A DNA stretch of 64,000 bases from NCBI RefSeq assembly GCF_028368995.1, contig NZ_JAQNDL010000003.1:896001-960000 (forward strand), written 5' to 3'. The position numbers and the translations under genes are program-made. This DNA is from Nannocystis bainbridge. Its GTDB lineage: Bacteria; Myxococcota_A; Polyangia; Nannocystales; Nannocystaceae. Shown here one piece after another: positions 19,665 to 28,567 of the stretch (positions are counted from its first letter, which is position 1; the number at the start of each line of letters is the position of its first letter). Below the pieces are notes generated by a model. The model saw only the letters and a list, made by a program, of their open reading frames with translations, had not been told where the DNA came from and did no database searches.

Positions 19665-20594
19665 ATGTCGTTATCCAACCACGTATTGCTCACCACCAGC
19701 CTCGTCCTCGCCGTCCCATTCGTCCACGAATGCGACCTCGACATACCCGTCGAACAAGAGACAGTCGACGAGCCCGGCGTGTGCGGGGATGGCCTGCTCG
19801 CCATCGGCGAGCGCTGTGACGACGGCAACCTCGCGGCCGGCGACGGCTGCGACGGGCTGTGCGGGCTCGAGGCCGTCGAGTTCCCGTACACCGGCGCCGT
19901 GCAGAGCTACATCGTCCCGCCCGGGGTCACCCGCCTGCGGCTCGAAGTCTGGGGCGCGGCCGGCGGCACGACGACGTCCGCCGTCTGCGACCCGCCGGAC
20001 ATCGGCGGCCTCGGCGGCCGCGCCGTCGGCGAGCTCGCGGTCGAGCCCGGCCAGACGCTCGCGGTGCGGGTCGGCGGCGCGGGCGGTGCCGGCGACGCCC
20101 CTGGCTACAACGGCGGCGGCGGCAGCTGCCCCACGCTCGCGGTCTGCTCGAGCGGCGGCGGCGCGACCGACATCCGCGCCGGCGACGACAGCCTCGAAGC
20201 TCGCATCATCGTCGGCGGCGGCGGCGGCGGGGCCGAGTTCTCCTGCGGCGGCCACGGCGGCGGCCACGGCGGCGGCCTCGAGGGCACCCCCGGCCTCGGC
20301 GGCGACGAGGTCCTGGCCGACGGCGGCGGCGGCACGCAGGCGAGCGGCGGCGCAGGCGGGGACTCCGACAGCAGCGTCGGCAGCCCCGGCGGCTTCGGCT
20401 TCGGCGGCAAGGGCCCCGAAGTGGTGGGCAACACCCACGGCGGCGGCGGCGGCGGCGGCTGGTACGGCGGCGGCGGCGGCGGCGACGACGGCCACGGCGG
20501 CGGCGGCTCGTCCTACCTCGGCACCCTCGCCGAAGCCGCCACCGAGCCCGGCGCGCGCGCCGGCGACGGCCTGGCCGTGATCACCCCGCTGTGA
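19665..20594 (+). CDS. Secreted protein with myxobacterial Cys-rich repeat (DUF4215-like) and glycine-rich domain
   Basis: CGDGLLAIGERCDDGNLAAGDGC, FPYTGAVQSYIVPPGV...WGAAGG, GGGGGWYGGG. Confidence 0.85.
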   Translation: MSLSNHVLLTTSLVLAVPFVHECDLDIPVEQETVDEPGVCGDGLLAIGERCDDGNLAAGDGCDGLCGLEAVEFPYTGAVQSYIVPPGVTRLRLEVWGAAGGTTTSAVCDPPDIGGLGGRAVGELAVEPGQTLAVRVGGAGGAGDAPGYNGGGGSCPTLAVCSSGGGATDIRAGDDSLEARIIVGGGGGGAEFSCGGHGGGHGGGLEGTPGLGGDEVLADGGGGTQASGGAGGDSDSSVGSPGGFGFGGKGPEVVGNTHGGGGGGGWYGGGGGGDDGHGGGGSSYLGTLAEAATEPGARAGDGLAVITPL

Positions 20595-20605
20595 GCGGTG
20601 CCTTC

Positions 20606-20685
20606 GGGCATGTCCGTTCGGACATGCCCCTCAGAAAATGTTCCGAAGGACATGGCCGTTCGCGCATGTCCTTCAAGCCATCCAG
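20606..20685. repeat. 14-bp-period palindrome array, 6 units, between convergent genes
   Basis: Cores at 20609, 20623, 20637, 20651, 20665, 20679. Confidence 0.9.
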
Positions 20686-20741
20686 CGAACGGACACCAGG
20701 GGCAGCGCCGCGGGGTCCGGCCCCGCGGGCGCTCCGGCTCG

Positions 20742-23261
20742 CTAGCCGCCCTCGCTCGCCTTGCGGGCCGCGTCCTCGATCCGGCGCTGCTCCGCGGCGT
20801 CGATCACCCCGTCGCGCAGCGCCCGGTCGACCTCGCGGCGGACCGCCTCGCCGGCGCGCACGCGAGCGCGCTGGGCTCGCTTGGCCTCCTCGGTCGCGCG
20901 CCGGCTCTCGGCCTGCGCCCGCCGGCCATCGGCCTGCACCCGCCGGGCCTCGGCCTCGACCTGCACCCGCTCGCGGTCGGCGCGACGCTGCTCGCTCAGC
21001 ACCTCGCGCTGGGCCGCCCGCTGCGCCTCGTCGAAGCCGCGCTGGCGCTCACGGTCGGCGCGCTGCAGCTCGCGGGCCGACGCTCGCAGCGAGCGCTCGA
21101 CCTCGCGTTCGACCTCCGCGGTGAGGTCGTCGACGTCGAGGTGCTCGAGCGCGTCGGCCAGGCCGGCGAGGTCGAGGTGCTCCACCTTGCGCTCGACCTC
21201 GGCCGCGATCTGCTCGGCGCGACCGGTCAGCTCGGCCAGCTGCTCCGGGCTCAGCTCGGGCGCGCGGCGGGCCAGCTCGGCCGCGCGGGCCTTGAGCGCC
21301 TCGACCTTGGCCGCGTCGAGCTTGCTCGCCTGCTTGGCGATCGCCGCCGCCGCTCGCTCGAGATCGCGGAGCTGCTTGACGTCGATCACCTTGGCCTGGA
21401 CCGCCAGCTTGCCGCCCTGGCGCAGCAGCTTCTCGGTCGTGCGCGGGACCACCCGCACGTGCGAGCGCGACGGCCCGTGATCGTCGGAGCAGCTGTCGTC
21501 GTGCTCGACCGTCACCGCCAGGCGAACCCCGGGCGGCGTCGGCGGCGTCGGCGGCGTCGGCGGGCGCGGGCTCACCACGATCTTCGGCGGCGTCGGCGGC
21601 GTCGGCGGGCGCGAGCCCACCGCGAACTTCGGCGGCGTCGGCGGCATCGCCATCACCAGCGGTGGCGTCGGCATCCCGCGCATCGCCGGCTCCGGCACGA
21701 ACACGTGCATTGGCGCGCTCGGCCCGCTCTCGTACTGAAGTCGCACCGCCTTGCGCTCATGTCGCTCGGCGCGACGCAGCGCGCGGCGTTGCTTGACCGT
21801 CGGCGACGGCTCGCCCATCGCGCCCGGGGGCGGCGGCGCGGCCACGCCGAGCAGCGACCCCGGCGGCACCGGCGGCGCCGGGGCCACGCCGAGCACCGTC
21901 GTCGGCGCTGCCCCGCTCGTCGCCGCGAACACCGGCTCCGGCATCAGCTCGGGCGGCTCGTCGGGCGCGGGCGGCTCGGGCACCTCGGCGCGCGCGATCG
22001 ACAGCGAAAGACCCGGCGCGCCGAGCCCGACCATCGCCAGCAGCGCCGCGCCCAGCAGCCCGCGCCAGCGCCTGGCCCAGCGGCCGCGGTCGCGCGTGCG
22101 GGCGTCGAGCAGGCGCTCGACCCGACGGACCAGCAGCGAGCTGCGCGCCGCCATCGGGCTGACGAACTTTTCGAACCTGTCCGATCGGCCAGGCCACTGC
22201 GCGACCTCGGTCAGACAGCGAGCCAGGTGCAGCCCCGACCCGGTGTGGCGCACCGCCCAGTCGTCACACAGCTCCTCGGCCGCCTCCTGCATGCCGCGGC
22301 GGGCCACCCGGTTCAGCGGCTGGAAGAACAGCGCCGCCTCGAGCACCGACGCCAGCACCTGCCAGGCCGGATCGCGGCGCAGCACGTGGGCCAGCTCGTG
22401 GGCCAGCATCGCCTCCTGCTGGCGCGGCGCCAGCCCGTGCGCCCGCGCCGGCACCACGATCTCGCGGCTGGCCAGGGCCATCGGCGAACCTACCCGTTCG
22501 GACATGGTCAATCGGACACTGTCCTGAGGGACACGTACGTGCGCCATCAGCCGCGCCAGCCGCTCGCGCAGCGGGCCCTGACGCAGCGGCGTGCGCCCGC
22601 GGAGCCCGCGACGCAGCCGCACCGCGGTCGCCCCGAGCCGGCCGAGCGACAGCGTCGCCCCGAGCCCGAACAGACCGGCGAAGATCCACGCGGCCAGCCC
22701 GGCCTGCGACTCGCCCCCCGCCGCGACCACGGGCCCCGGCGCGAGCGGCGGGGCCGGCGGCACGAACGACGGCGCCGCGAACACCACCGGCTCGAACTCG
22801 CCGATCGTCGCCGACTCGACGAACACGACGTGCTCGACCTGCACGTGCCCCGGCGCGGCCAACATCGCCGTCACCTCCGCGTCGGCGAGCAGCATCCCCG
22901 GCGGCTCGCAGCCGACGCACCCGTGCACCTGCGGCATCGCCACTGCGACCTCCAACGGCGGCGGCGCCATCGCGGTGGCCGACATCGGCGGCGGCCCGGG
23001 CGGCCCCAGCGAGCCCGCCTCGACGTTGACGCTGCCCAGCAGCGGCTCGACCCCGAGCCCGGTCTGCAGCGTCGCCGTGAACAGCCCGCCGACCAGCGAC
23101 ATCTTCCAAAGCAAGCTGCGGGTCAGCGCGTCGAGCGGGAGGAAGCGGGTGAATGCCCACACCCCGCCGACCAGCACCGAGCTGTGCACGAAGTACGTGC
23201 CCAGCCAGCTCACCACCGTGTGCACCGCCGGGTCGGCGAGAGAGGCTGCAGGATCAAGCAT
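20742..23261 (-). CDS. BlaR1/M56-family membrane metallopeptidase with Pro-rich and coiled-coil C-terminus
   Basis: AHELAHVLRRD, FFQPL, EELCDDWA motifs and TM helices. Its start overlaps the blaI-like stop. Confidence 0.9.
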   Translation of the reverse strand: MLDPAASLADPAVHTVVSWLGTYFVHSSVLVGGVWAFTRFLPLDALTRSLLWKMSLVGGLFTATLQTGLGVEPLLGSVNVEAGSLGPPGPPPMSATAMAPPPLEVAVAMPQVHGCVGCEPPGMLLADAEVTAMLAAPGHVQVEHVVFVESATIGEFEPVVFAAPSFVPPAPPLAPGPVVAAGGESQAGLAAWIFAGLFGLGATLSLGRLGATAVRLRRGLRGRTPLRQGPLRERLARLMAHVRVPQDSVRLTMSERVGSPMALASREIVVPARAHGLAPRQQEAMLAHELAHVLRRDPAWQVLASVLEAALFFQPLNRVARRGMQEAAEELCDDWAVRHTGSGLHLARCLTEVAQWPGRSDRFEKFVSPMAARSSLLVRRVERLLDARTRDRGRWARRWRGLLGAALLAMVGLGAPGLSLSIARAEVPEPPAPDEPPELMPEPVFAATSGAAPTTVLGVAPAPPVPPGSLLGVAAPPPPGAMGEPSPTVKQRRALRRAERHERKAVRLQYESGPSAPMHVFVPEPAMRGMPTPPLVMAMPPTPPKFAVGSRPPTPPTPPKIVVSPRPPTPPTPPTPPGVRLAVTVEHDDSCSDDHGPSRSHVRVVPRTTEKLLRQGGKLAVQAKVIDVKQLRDLERAAAAIAKQASKLDAAKVEALKARAAELARRAPELSPEQLAELTGRAEQIAAEVERKVEHLDLAGLADALEHLDVDDLTAEVEREVERSLRASARELQRADRERQRGFDEAQRAAQREVLSEQRRADRERVQVEAEARRVQADGRRAQAESRRATEEAKRAQRARVRAGEAVRREVDRALRDGVIDAAEQRRIEDAARKASEGG

Positions 23262-23655
23262 CGTCGTCGTCCTCCGCTTCGCCGGATCTCGCACCGAGCA
23301 GCTGCTTGAGGCGCGCGACGTCGTCCGGATCGACATCCTTGTCCTCGACCAGATGGCTGACGAGCGCCGACACGTCGCCGCCGAAGAAATAATCGGTGAC
23401 CCGCGACAGCATCGACCGCCGCACCTCGTCCTCGCTGACGAGCGCGCGATAGATGAACTGCCGCCCCTCGACGCGGTGCGTCACGGTGCCCTTCTTCTCG
23501 AGCCGCGACAGCATCGTCGACACCGTGGTCGGCGCGAGCTCGCGATCCTGCTCGAGCAAGGCCGTGTGGACATCGGTCGCGGTCGCCTCGCCGCGGTCCC
23601 ACAAGATCCGCAGCAGGCCGAGCTGCAGATCGCTGAGTTGGTGTGACTCGCTCAT
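23254..23655 (-). CDS. BlaI/MecI/CopY-family repressor
   Basis: LSDLQLGLLRILW, LAPTTVSTMLSRLEKKG, RQFIYRALVS, FFGGDVSALVSHLV. Confidence 0.95.
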   Translation of the reverse strand: MSESHQLSDLQLGLLRILWDRGEATATDVHTALLEQDRELAPTTVSTMLSRLEKKGTVTHRVEGRQFIYRALVSEDEVRRSMLSRVTDYFFGGDVSALVSHLVEDKDVDPDDVARLKQLLGARSGEAEDDDDA

Positions 23656-23667
23656 GAACGACAGCCG

Positions 23668-23695
23668 TAGTACTACACGTGTAGTAAGGGGTCAA
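23668..23695 (-). promoter_or_regulatory. BlaI/CopY-type operator overlapping a sigma70-like promoter of the blaI-like gene
   Basis: Perfect 16-bp palindrome TACTACACGTGTAGTA (23671-23686) containing TACA-NN-TGTA, with TTGACC (-35) just upstream on the minus strand. Confidence 0.85.
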
Positions 23696-24006
23696 GCGAG
23701 GTGCAGCGGTCGCAACGCCCTACCCGGATGCCCGCCCAGGAGGCCCCCCGCGGCCCCTGGTGCCCACCTGCCGCCCGCGCGGAGTCGCGCAGAGCACCCC
23801 ACCTTCCTCGTTCGGACCGCATTGTCCGACCTCGAGTTTCACCCGGCTCGCCTTCCTCTTCATTGCGCGGTCGTCGAAGCACGCACCACACTTCGCGTTC
23901 GATCACCGCTCGCACACGGGCATCGACGAGCGCGCACGAGCCCATACCGCGTCCTGCCGCCCCGCCTCGCTTGTGGGCCTCGCGGCCCGCGGATACGCTG
24001 GCGATC

Positions 24007-25452
24007 GTGAACCCTCCCGGCGTTCCATACGACGATGTGGCTCTCGGGCTCAGGGCGTCCACCGGCCACCGCATCGCCGGCGCGCTGATGATCGTCAACG
24101 CGGCGCTGGTCCTGTGCGAGACCTACATGATGCCCGCGTCGACCCGCGGTGATCTGCTGACCGGCAGCTTCCCGATCGCCGCCCTCATCGACGTCGCGCT
24201 CGGCGTCAGCCTGCTGAGCGGCAGCACTGGCGCAGTCACCCTCAGCATCGTGCGCGTCGGCCTCGGCCTCGTCCTGTTCACCTTGCTCCGCGCGCTCACT
24301 GGCGAGTGGCTGGCCGCCGGCATGCAGGTCGGGGTCAGCCTCGCCTTTTTGCTGCTGCTCGTCGGTCACGCCAAGCGCGTGCGCATCGGCCTCGCCGCGC
24401 TGCTGTTCGGCCTCTACCTCGCGCTCGAGAGCTTCGGCCTCTACATCCTCGTCACCGGCCAGAACCCGCTCGCCCACGCCGTGATGAGCGCGCGCGGCGA
24501 GCTGACCGGCGAGCCGGCCGGCGACGTCGTCGGCGGGCTCGTCGACTACCGCCTGCGCGCCCCCTCGGACCGCTGGTATCTGCGCACCGACGAGGCCGCC
24601 CGGCGCGACAACCCGCTCGCCGATCGCTGGCTCGTCCGCCCCGACCTCGACGCCCACATCCTCATCATCGCCGAGCGCGTGCCCGACACCATGGTCCCGC
24701 TGGCGCCGTTCGTCGACACCGTCGTCGGCAACATGCGCAGCGCCGCCAGCAACTTCGAGCTGATCGACAGCGCGCCGCTGCCCGGTCACCTCGACACCGG
24801 CAAGCTGCTGCACATGCGCGCGAGCGTCGACGGCCAGGACGTCGAGTACCTCGCCGGCCTCGTCACCGCCTACGGCTCGGCCTTCCAGCTGATCGGCTTC
24901 ACCGGCGCGCGCAACTTCGCCGCCGTCGAGCCCGAGCTGCGCGCCGCGATCGAGTCGTTCGTCCTGCCCGCCAGCGCTGCCCTGCCGCAGGGGGCCGGGC
25001 GCGTGGTCGGCAGCGCCGCGCCGTACGCCGTCACCGCCCCCGACGCGCGCTGGATCACCGCCTCGCCCGAGATGCTGGCCCAGCAGAACCCCGACAGCGA
25101 CCGCTGGCTGGTGCGGCCCGACGTCGACGCCCACGTCACCGTCATGCTCGAGCCGCTCGGCGAGGAGACCGCCGTCGACGCGCTGATGCAGCAGCTGCCC
25201 GAGCGCCTGCGCAGCACCTGGCCGACGGCCACCCTGCAGCCCGCCGAGCCGCTCGCCGGCGACCACGCCCAGGGCCAGGTCCTGCACGCCAGCGTCGCCG
25301 GGGCCGCCGGCGCGTTCGAGATCGACTACGCGATCTACGTCGTCGGCCTGCGCGCTTTCCACCTCCTCGCCACCGCCCCCGCCCCCGCCTACCCCGGCGT
25401 GCAGGGCCAGCTGCGCCAGGTCCTGCGCTCCTTCGAGCCGCCCGGCGATTGA
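24007..25452 (+). CDS. Membrane protein with two tandem soluble PsbP-like domains (start uncertain)
   Basis: About 5 TM helices, then a duplicated AP..RW...NP..DRWLVRPD.DAH motif. Confidence 0.7.
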   Translation: MNPPGVPYDDVALGLRASTGHRIAGALMIVNAALVLCETYMMPASTRGDLLTGSFPIAALIDVALGVSLLSGSTGAVTLSIVRVGLGLVLFTLLRALTGEWLAAGMQVGVSLAFLLLLVGHAKRVRIGLAALLFGLYLALESFGLYILVTGQNPLAHAVMSARGELTGEPAGDVVGGLVDYRLRAPSDRWYLRTDEAARRDNPLADRWLVRPDLDAHILIIAERVPDTMVPLAPFVDTVVGNMRSAASNFELIDSAPLPGHLDTGKLLHMRASVDGQDVEYLAGLVTAYGSAFQLIGFTGARNFAAVEPELRAAIESFVLPASAALPQGAGRVVGSAAPYAVTAPDARWITASPEMLAQQNPDSDRWLVRPDVDAHVTVMLEPLGEETAVDALMQQLPERLRSTWPTATLQPAEPLAGDHAQGQVLHASVAGAAGAFEIDYAIYVVGLRAFHLLATAPAPAYPGVQGQLRQVLRSFEPPGD

Positions 25453-25455
25453 CCC

Positions 25456-25535
25456 GCGCATGTCCGCTCGAACATGCCCTCGAGGACATGCTCGATCGAG
25501 CATGTCCTCCAAGACATGCCCTTTAAACCATGCGC
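25456..25535. repeat. 14-bp-period palindrome array, 6 units
   Basis: Cores at 25459, 25473, 25487, 25501, 25515, 25529. Starts 3 bp after the stop at 25452. Confidence 0.92.
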
Positions 25536-25610
25536 GATCGGGACCCGCGGACGTCTGCGGCCGCGGGCGTGAGGCTTGAATTCGTGTGCGCTTTCGAGTA
25601 CCCCGGAGGC

Positions 25611-26669
25611 ATGCAGGTCCGCCCGCGTCCGTGGCTCGCGCTCGTCGTCTTCAGCACCGCTTGCGCCTCGGGGGGCGAGCCCCAGTCGACCGACTCCGCC
25701 AGCTCCCCGTTCCTCACCGACGGGTTCGAGGACAGCGACAGCACCAGCGGCGGCTTCGACTCCGACACGACGACCACCACCGGCCTGCCCGACCCGACTT
25801 CGACCACCACCAGCACCACCGACCCGGGCGAGTTCACCACCACCACCGGCCCCGAGCCGACCGGCCCCGGGCTGACGACCAGCGGCCCCGACACCACCGA
25901 CGGCACCACCGGCGAGCCGCTCGACCCGTGCCCGCAGATCCGCATCGAAACGCCGGGCGACGTGCTCAACGTCCGCCCGACCCCTTCGACAGCGATGGCC
26001 GCGATCGCCACCGTGGCCGACGGCTCGGTCCACGACGTGGTGGCGATCGTGGCCGGCGAGAGCATCGACGGCGTCGACACCTGGTACCAGATCGCCGGCG
26101 ATTGGCCGGCCGGCTACGTGTTCGCCAACTTCGTCCAGTGCATCCCCGAGCAGGAGCCGCCCGACGAAAACGGGTTCTTCCTGCCGCTGCAGTGCGGCAC
26201 CACCACCACCGTCACGCAGGGAAACAACGGCGACTTCAGCCACAGCGGCAATTCGGCCTACGCGTTCGACTTCTCGCTGTCGACCGGAACCCCGCTGGTG
26301 GCGATCGCCAAGGGCACGGTGTCCAAGCTGTTCGGCGACACCAAGCCCGGCGACCCCTGTTACAACGGCGGCGGCGAGGAGTGCAAGTCGGCCGCCAATT
26401 ACGTGATCCTCCAGCACGAAGACGGCACCGGCTCGGTGTACGCACATTTGAGCGCCGTGCAGGTCAGCGTCGGTCAGGTCGTCGAGCGCGGCGGCGTGGT
26501 CGGACTGACCGGCTCGACCGGCTGGTCGACCGGCCCGCACGCGCACGTCGCCCGCCAGGAGGCCTGCGACTTCGGCTTCTGCCAGTCGATCCCGGTCTCG
26601 TTCGAGGACGTGCCCGACGACGGCGTGCCGGTGACCGGCGAGATGGTCACCTCGCAGAACTGCCCGTGA
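25611..26669 (+). CDS. Lipoprotein: Thr-rich stalk, SH3b domain, M23 peptidase
   Basis: Lipobox STAC, LNVRPTPST...WYQI (SH3b), HSG...AFDF, YAHL, STGPHAH. Confidence 0.9.
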   Translation: MQVRPRPWLALVVFSTACASGGEPQSTDSASSPFLTDGFEDSDSTSGGFDSDTTTTTGLPDPTSTTTSTTDPGEFTTTTGPEPTGPGLTTSGPDTTDGTTGEPLDPCPQIRIETPGDVLNVRPTPSTAMAAIATVADGSVHDVVAIVAGESIDGVDTWYQIAGDWPAGYVFANFVQCIPEQEPPDENGFFLPLQCGTTTTVTQGNNGDFSHSGNSAYAFDFSLSTGTPLVAIAKGTVSKLFGDTKPGDPCYNGGGEECKSAANYVILQHEDGTGSVYAHLSAVQVSVGQVVERGGVVGLTGSTGWSTGPHAHVARQEACDFGFCQSIPVSFEDVPDDGVPVTGEMVTSQNCP

Positions 26670-26757
26670 CCGCCTCCTGGACCCGCTCGCGCCGTTTCAA
26701 TCGCCGGACCGCGCCAAGCTGCGCGCGGTGACGCGGGCCTGGCCGCTGGCCACGCCG

Positions 26758-26930
26758 CGCGGCACGGTTCGGTGTCGCATGAATGTGATGCCTACACAGG
26801 GCGGGTCGCCACGGCTCGCGCTGTGGGACGCGGCACAGGCCGGCGGTGCACCGATATCAATACCTACACCGGGTATGTCGTTCGGGCCGGGCCGCGCATA
26901 TCGTGGGACGCGGCACAGGTCGGTGGCGCA
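26758..26930 (+). repeat. Three degenerate 22-bp direct repeats within ~75-bp units
   Basis: CGCGGCACGGTTCGGTGTCGCA (26758), CGCGGCACAGGCCGGCGGTGCA (26829), CGCGGCACAGGTCGGTGGCGCA (26909). Copies 1 and 2 are each followed by CCTACAC. Confidence 0.7.
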
Positions 26931-27130
26931 GGGACGCCAGCGCCGGCGGCTCGATCGCCTGGCGCAGGTCGGCGCTGGGCCCACGCATTCGCGCCGATCC
27001 ATCGGCCTCGGCGCTCGCCCGTGACGCCTCCCGGCGTTCTACCGGGGCTCTCGCCGGCTCTCGGCGCGGATCGCCTGGCCCGCCGCTCGTGCGGTGTGGC
27101 GAGCCGCGGTGACCGGATTAACTTCGGGAC

Positions 27131-27937
27131 ATGACCGATCGCGGCTCGAGACCTCGGCGTCGGCTCGTCGCCGGGCGCGTCCTGCGATTCGTCGTGTTCG
27201 CCCTCGTCGGCGCGGGCGCCCGGTCGGCCGCCGCTTCCGATGGGTTCTGTGACGCCTGGCTCGCGCACGTGAGCGACCACGCCGCCGCGCGCGGCTACCT
27301 GCTCACCCCCACCGAGGGCGGCCTCACCGGCCTCGACGGCCAGCAGAACGCGCTCCAGGCCGGTTGTGCGGCCGAGCGTGCGGTCATGACATTCACCGGG
27401 CCCGACGCCACGGTCGACGTCACGTGGACCGCCACCGGCCTCGTCGTGCGCGGCGAATTCCTCGGCCTCGGTCGCGTCGAGCAGCGCTGGAGCGGCGTCG
27501 AGTCCGAGCAGCGCCTGCGTCACACCGCCGAGCACGACGCTGCCGCTGCCTGCGTCGAGTTCGATCCGTCCACCGGCGGCTGGAGCGTCGAAGGCGACCC
27601 CGACCTCCTCAACGCCGACTTCGCGCCGGTCCTGGCGGGCTCGGCTCCGTGGCGCGACGCCTACTTCGTGATCCACGCCGTCACTGGCGTGTGGGACAGC
27701 GGCCTGCAGCGCGACGAGGAGGCTCTGGAGGTCGCGTCGAGCCTGGCCCTGCCGCCGAACGTCTGCCACGACGTCGACAAGGGCGGCGTGAAGAAGGACT
27801 GCGGCGCGACTCTCGGCATCTGCGCGGTCGCCTATTTCTGGAAACCGCTCACCGGCGCCTGCGTCGCCGCCGGGGCCAAGTGCCTGGCGGCCTTCAAGTG
27901 CTGGAAGAGCGACTGCTCGGGAGACGGGAAGTCATGA
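27131..27937 (+). CDS. Secreted hypothetical protein with Cys-rich cationic C-terminal peptide
   Basis: Signal-like N-terminus. Ends ...DKGG-VKKDCGATLGICAVAYFWKPLTGACVAAGAKCLAAFKCWKSDCSGDGKS. Confidence 0.7.
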   Translation: MTDRGSRPRRRLVAGRVLRFVVFALVGAGARSAAASDGFCDAWLAHVSDHAAARGYLLTPTEGGLTGLDGQQNALQAGCAAERAVMTFTGPDATVDVTWTATGLVVRGEFLGLGRVEQRWSGVESEQRLRHTAEHDAAAACVEFDPSTGGWSVEGDPDLLNADFAPVLAGSAPWRDAYFVIHAVTGVWDSGLQRDEEALEVASSLALPPNVCHDVDKGGVKKDCGATLGICAVAYFWKPLTGACVAAGAKCLAAFKCWKSDCSGDGKS

Positions 27938-28512
27938 CCGACCTGCCTGCTCCGCGATCCTTGCTCGACCGCCCGCAGCGGCTCGGCGTCGTGCCCACCT
28001 GGTGGTTCTGGAACGACGCCGGCCGGCAATGGCTGCTGCTCCCGCTCGTGCTCACCACGGCCGTGCCGCTGGCGCTCACCGTGCAACTGGTGGGACTGCG
28101 GCACCCGGCGCTGGCGTGGCCGCTGCTGCTGCTGGTCGCGCTCTATCCGCTGCTGTTGATGGGCCTCGTCGAGCGCCACGTCCGCCGGCGAATGCTCGCA
28201 CCCGGGCCCTCGCCCGCGGTGACCCGGGCCCCACCGCCGGCGCTGGCGCGCACCGTCCCGCTGGGGGTCGCTGCGCTGTGCGCCCTGCTGCTCGCGCTGG
28301 CCAGCTCGGAGAGCCACACCGCGCTGCTGGTCGCCGCCGTGGTCGCCGGCTCGCTCGCGGTCGCCCTGGTCCCGCACACCTGGCGGGCGCTCGCCAGCAC
28401 CGGCCACGGACGCCCGTCGCTGCCGGCGAATCGCCAGCCCTGTTCGCCGACGATCGCAGCGCATCAATGCCGCGATCCGCTCGCAAGCAAACCATCACGA
28501 CCTCACGCATGA
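27934..28512 (+). CDS. Small multi-pass membrane protein, translationally coupled to the upstream gene
   Basis: ATGA overlap at 27934-27937 and about 4 hydrophobic segments. Confidence 0.7.
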   Translation: MTDLPAPRSLLDRPQRLGVVPTWWFWNDAGRQWLLLPLVLTTAVPLALTVQLVGLRHPALAWPLLLLVALYPLLLMGLVERHVRRRMLAPGPSPAVTRAPPPALARTVPLGVAALCALLLALASSESHTALLVAAVVAGSLAVALVPHTWRALASTGHGRPSLPANRQPCSPTIAAHQCRDPLASKPSRPHA

Positions 28513-28567
28513 CGCCACGAACGAACACGAGCCCACGGACTCACCCACCGGCGCGTGAATCATCGCC

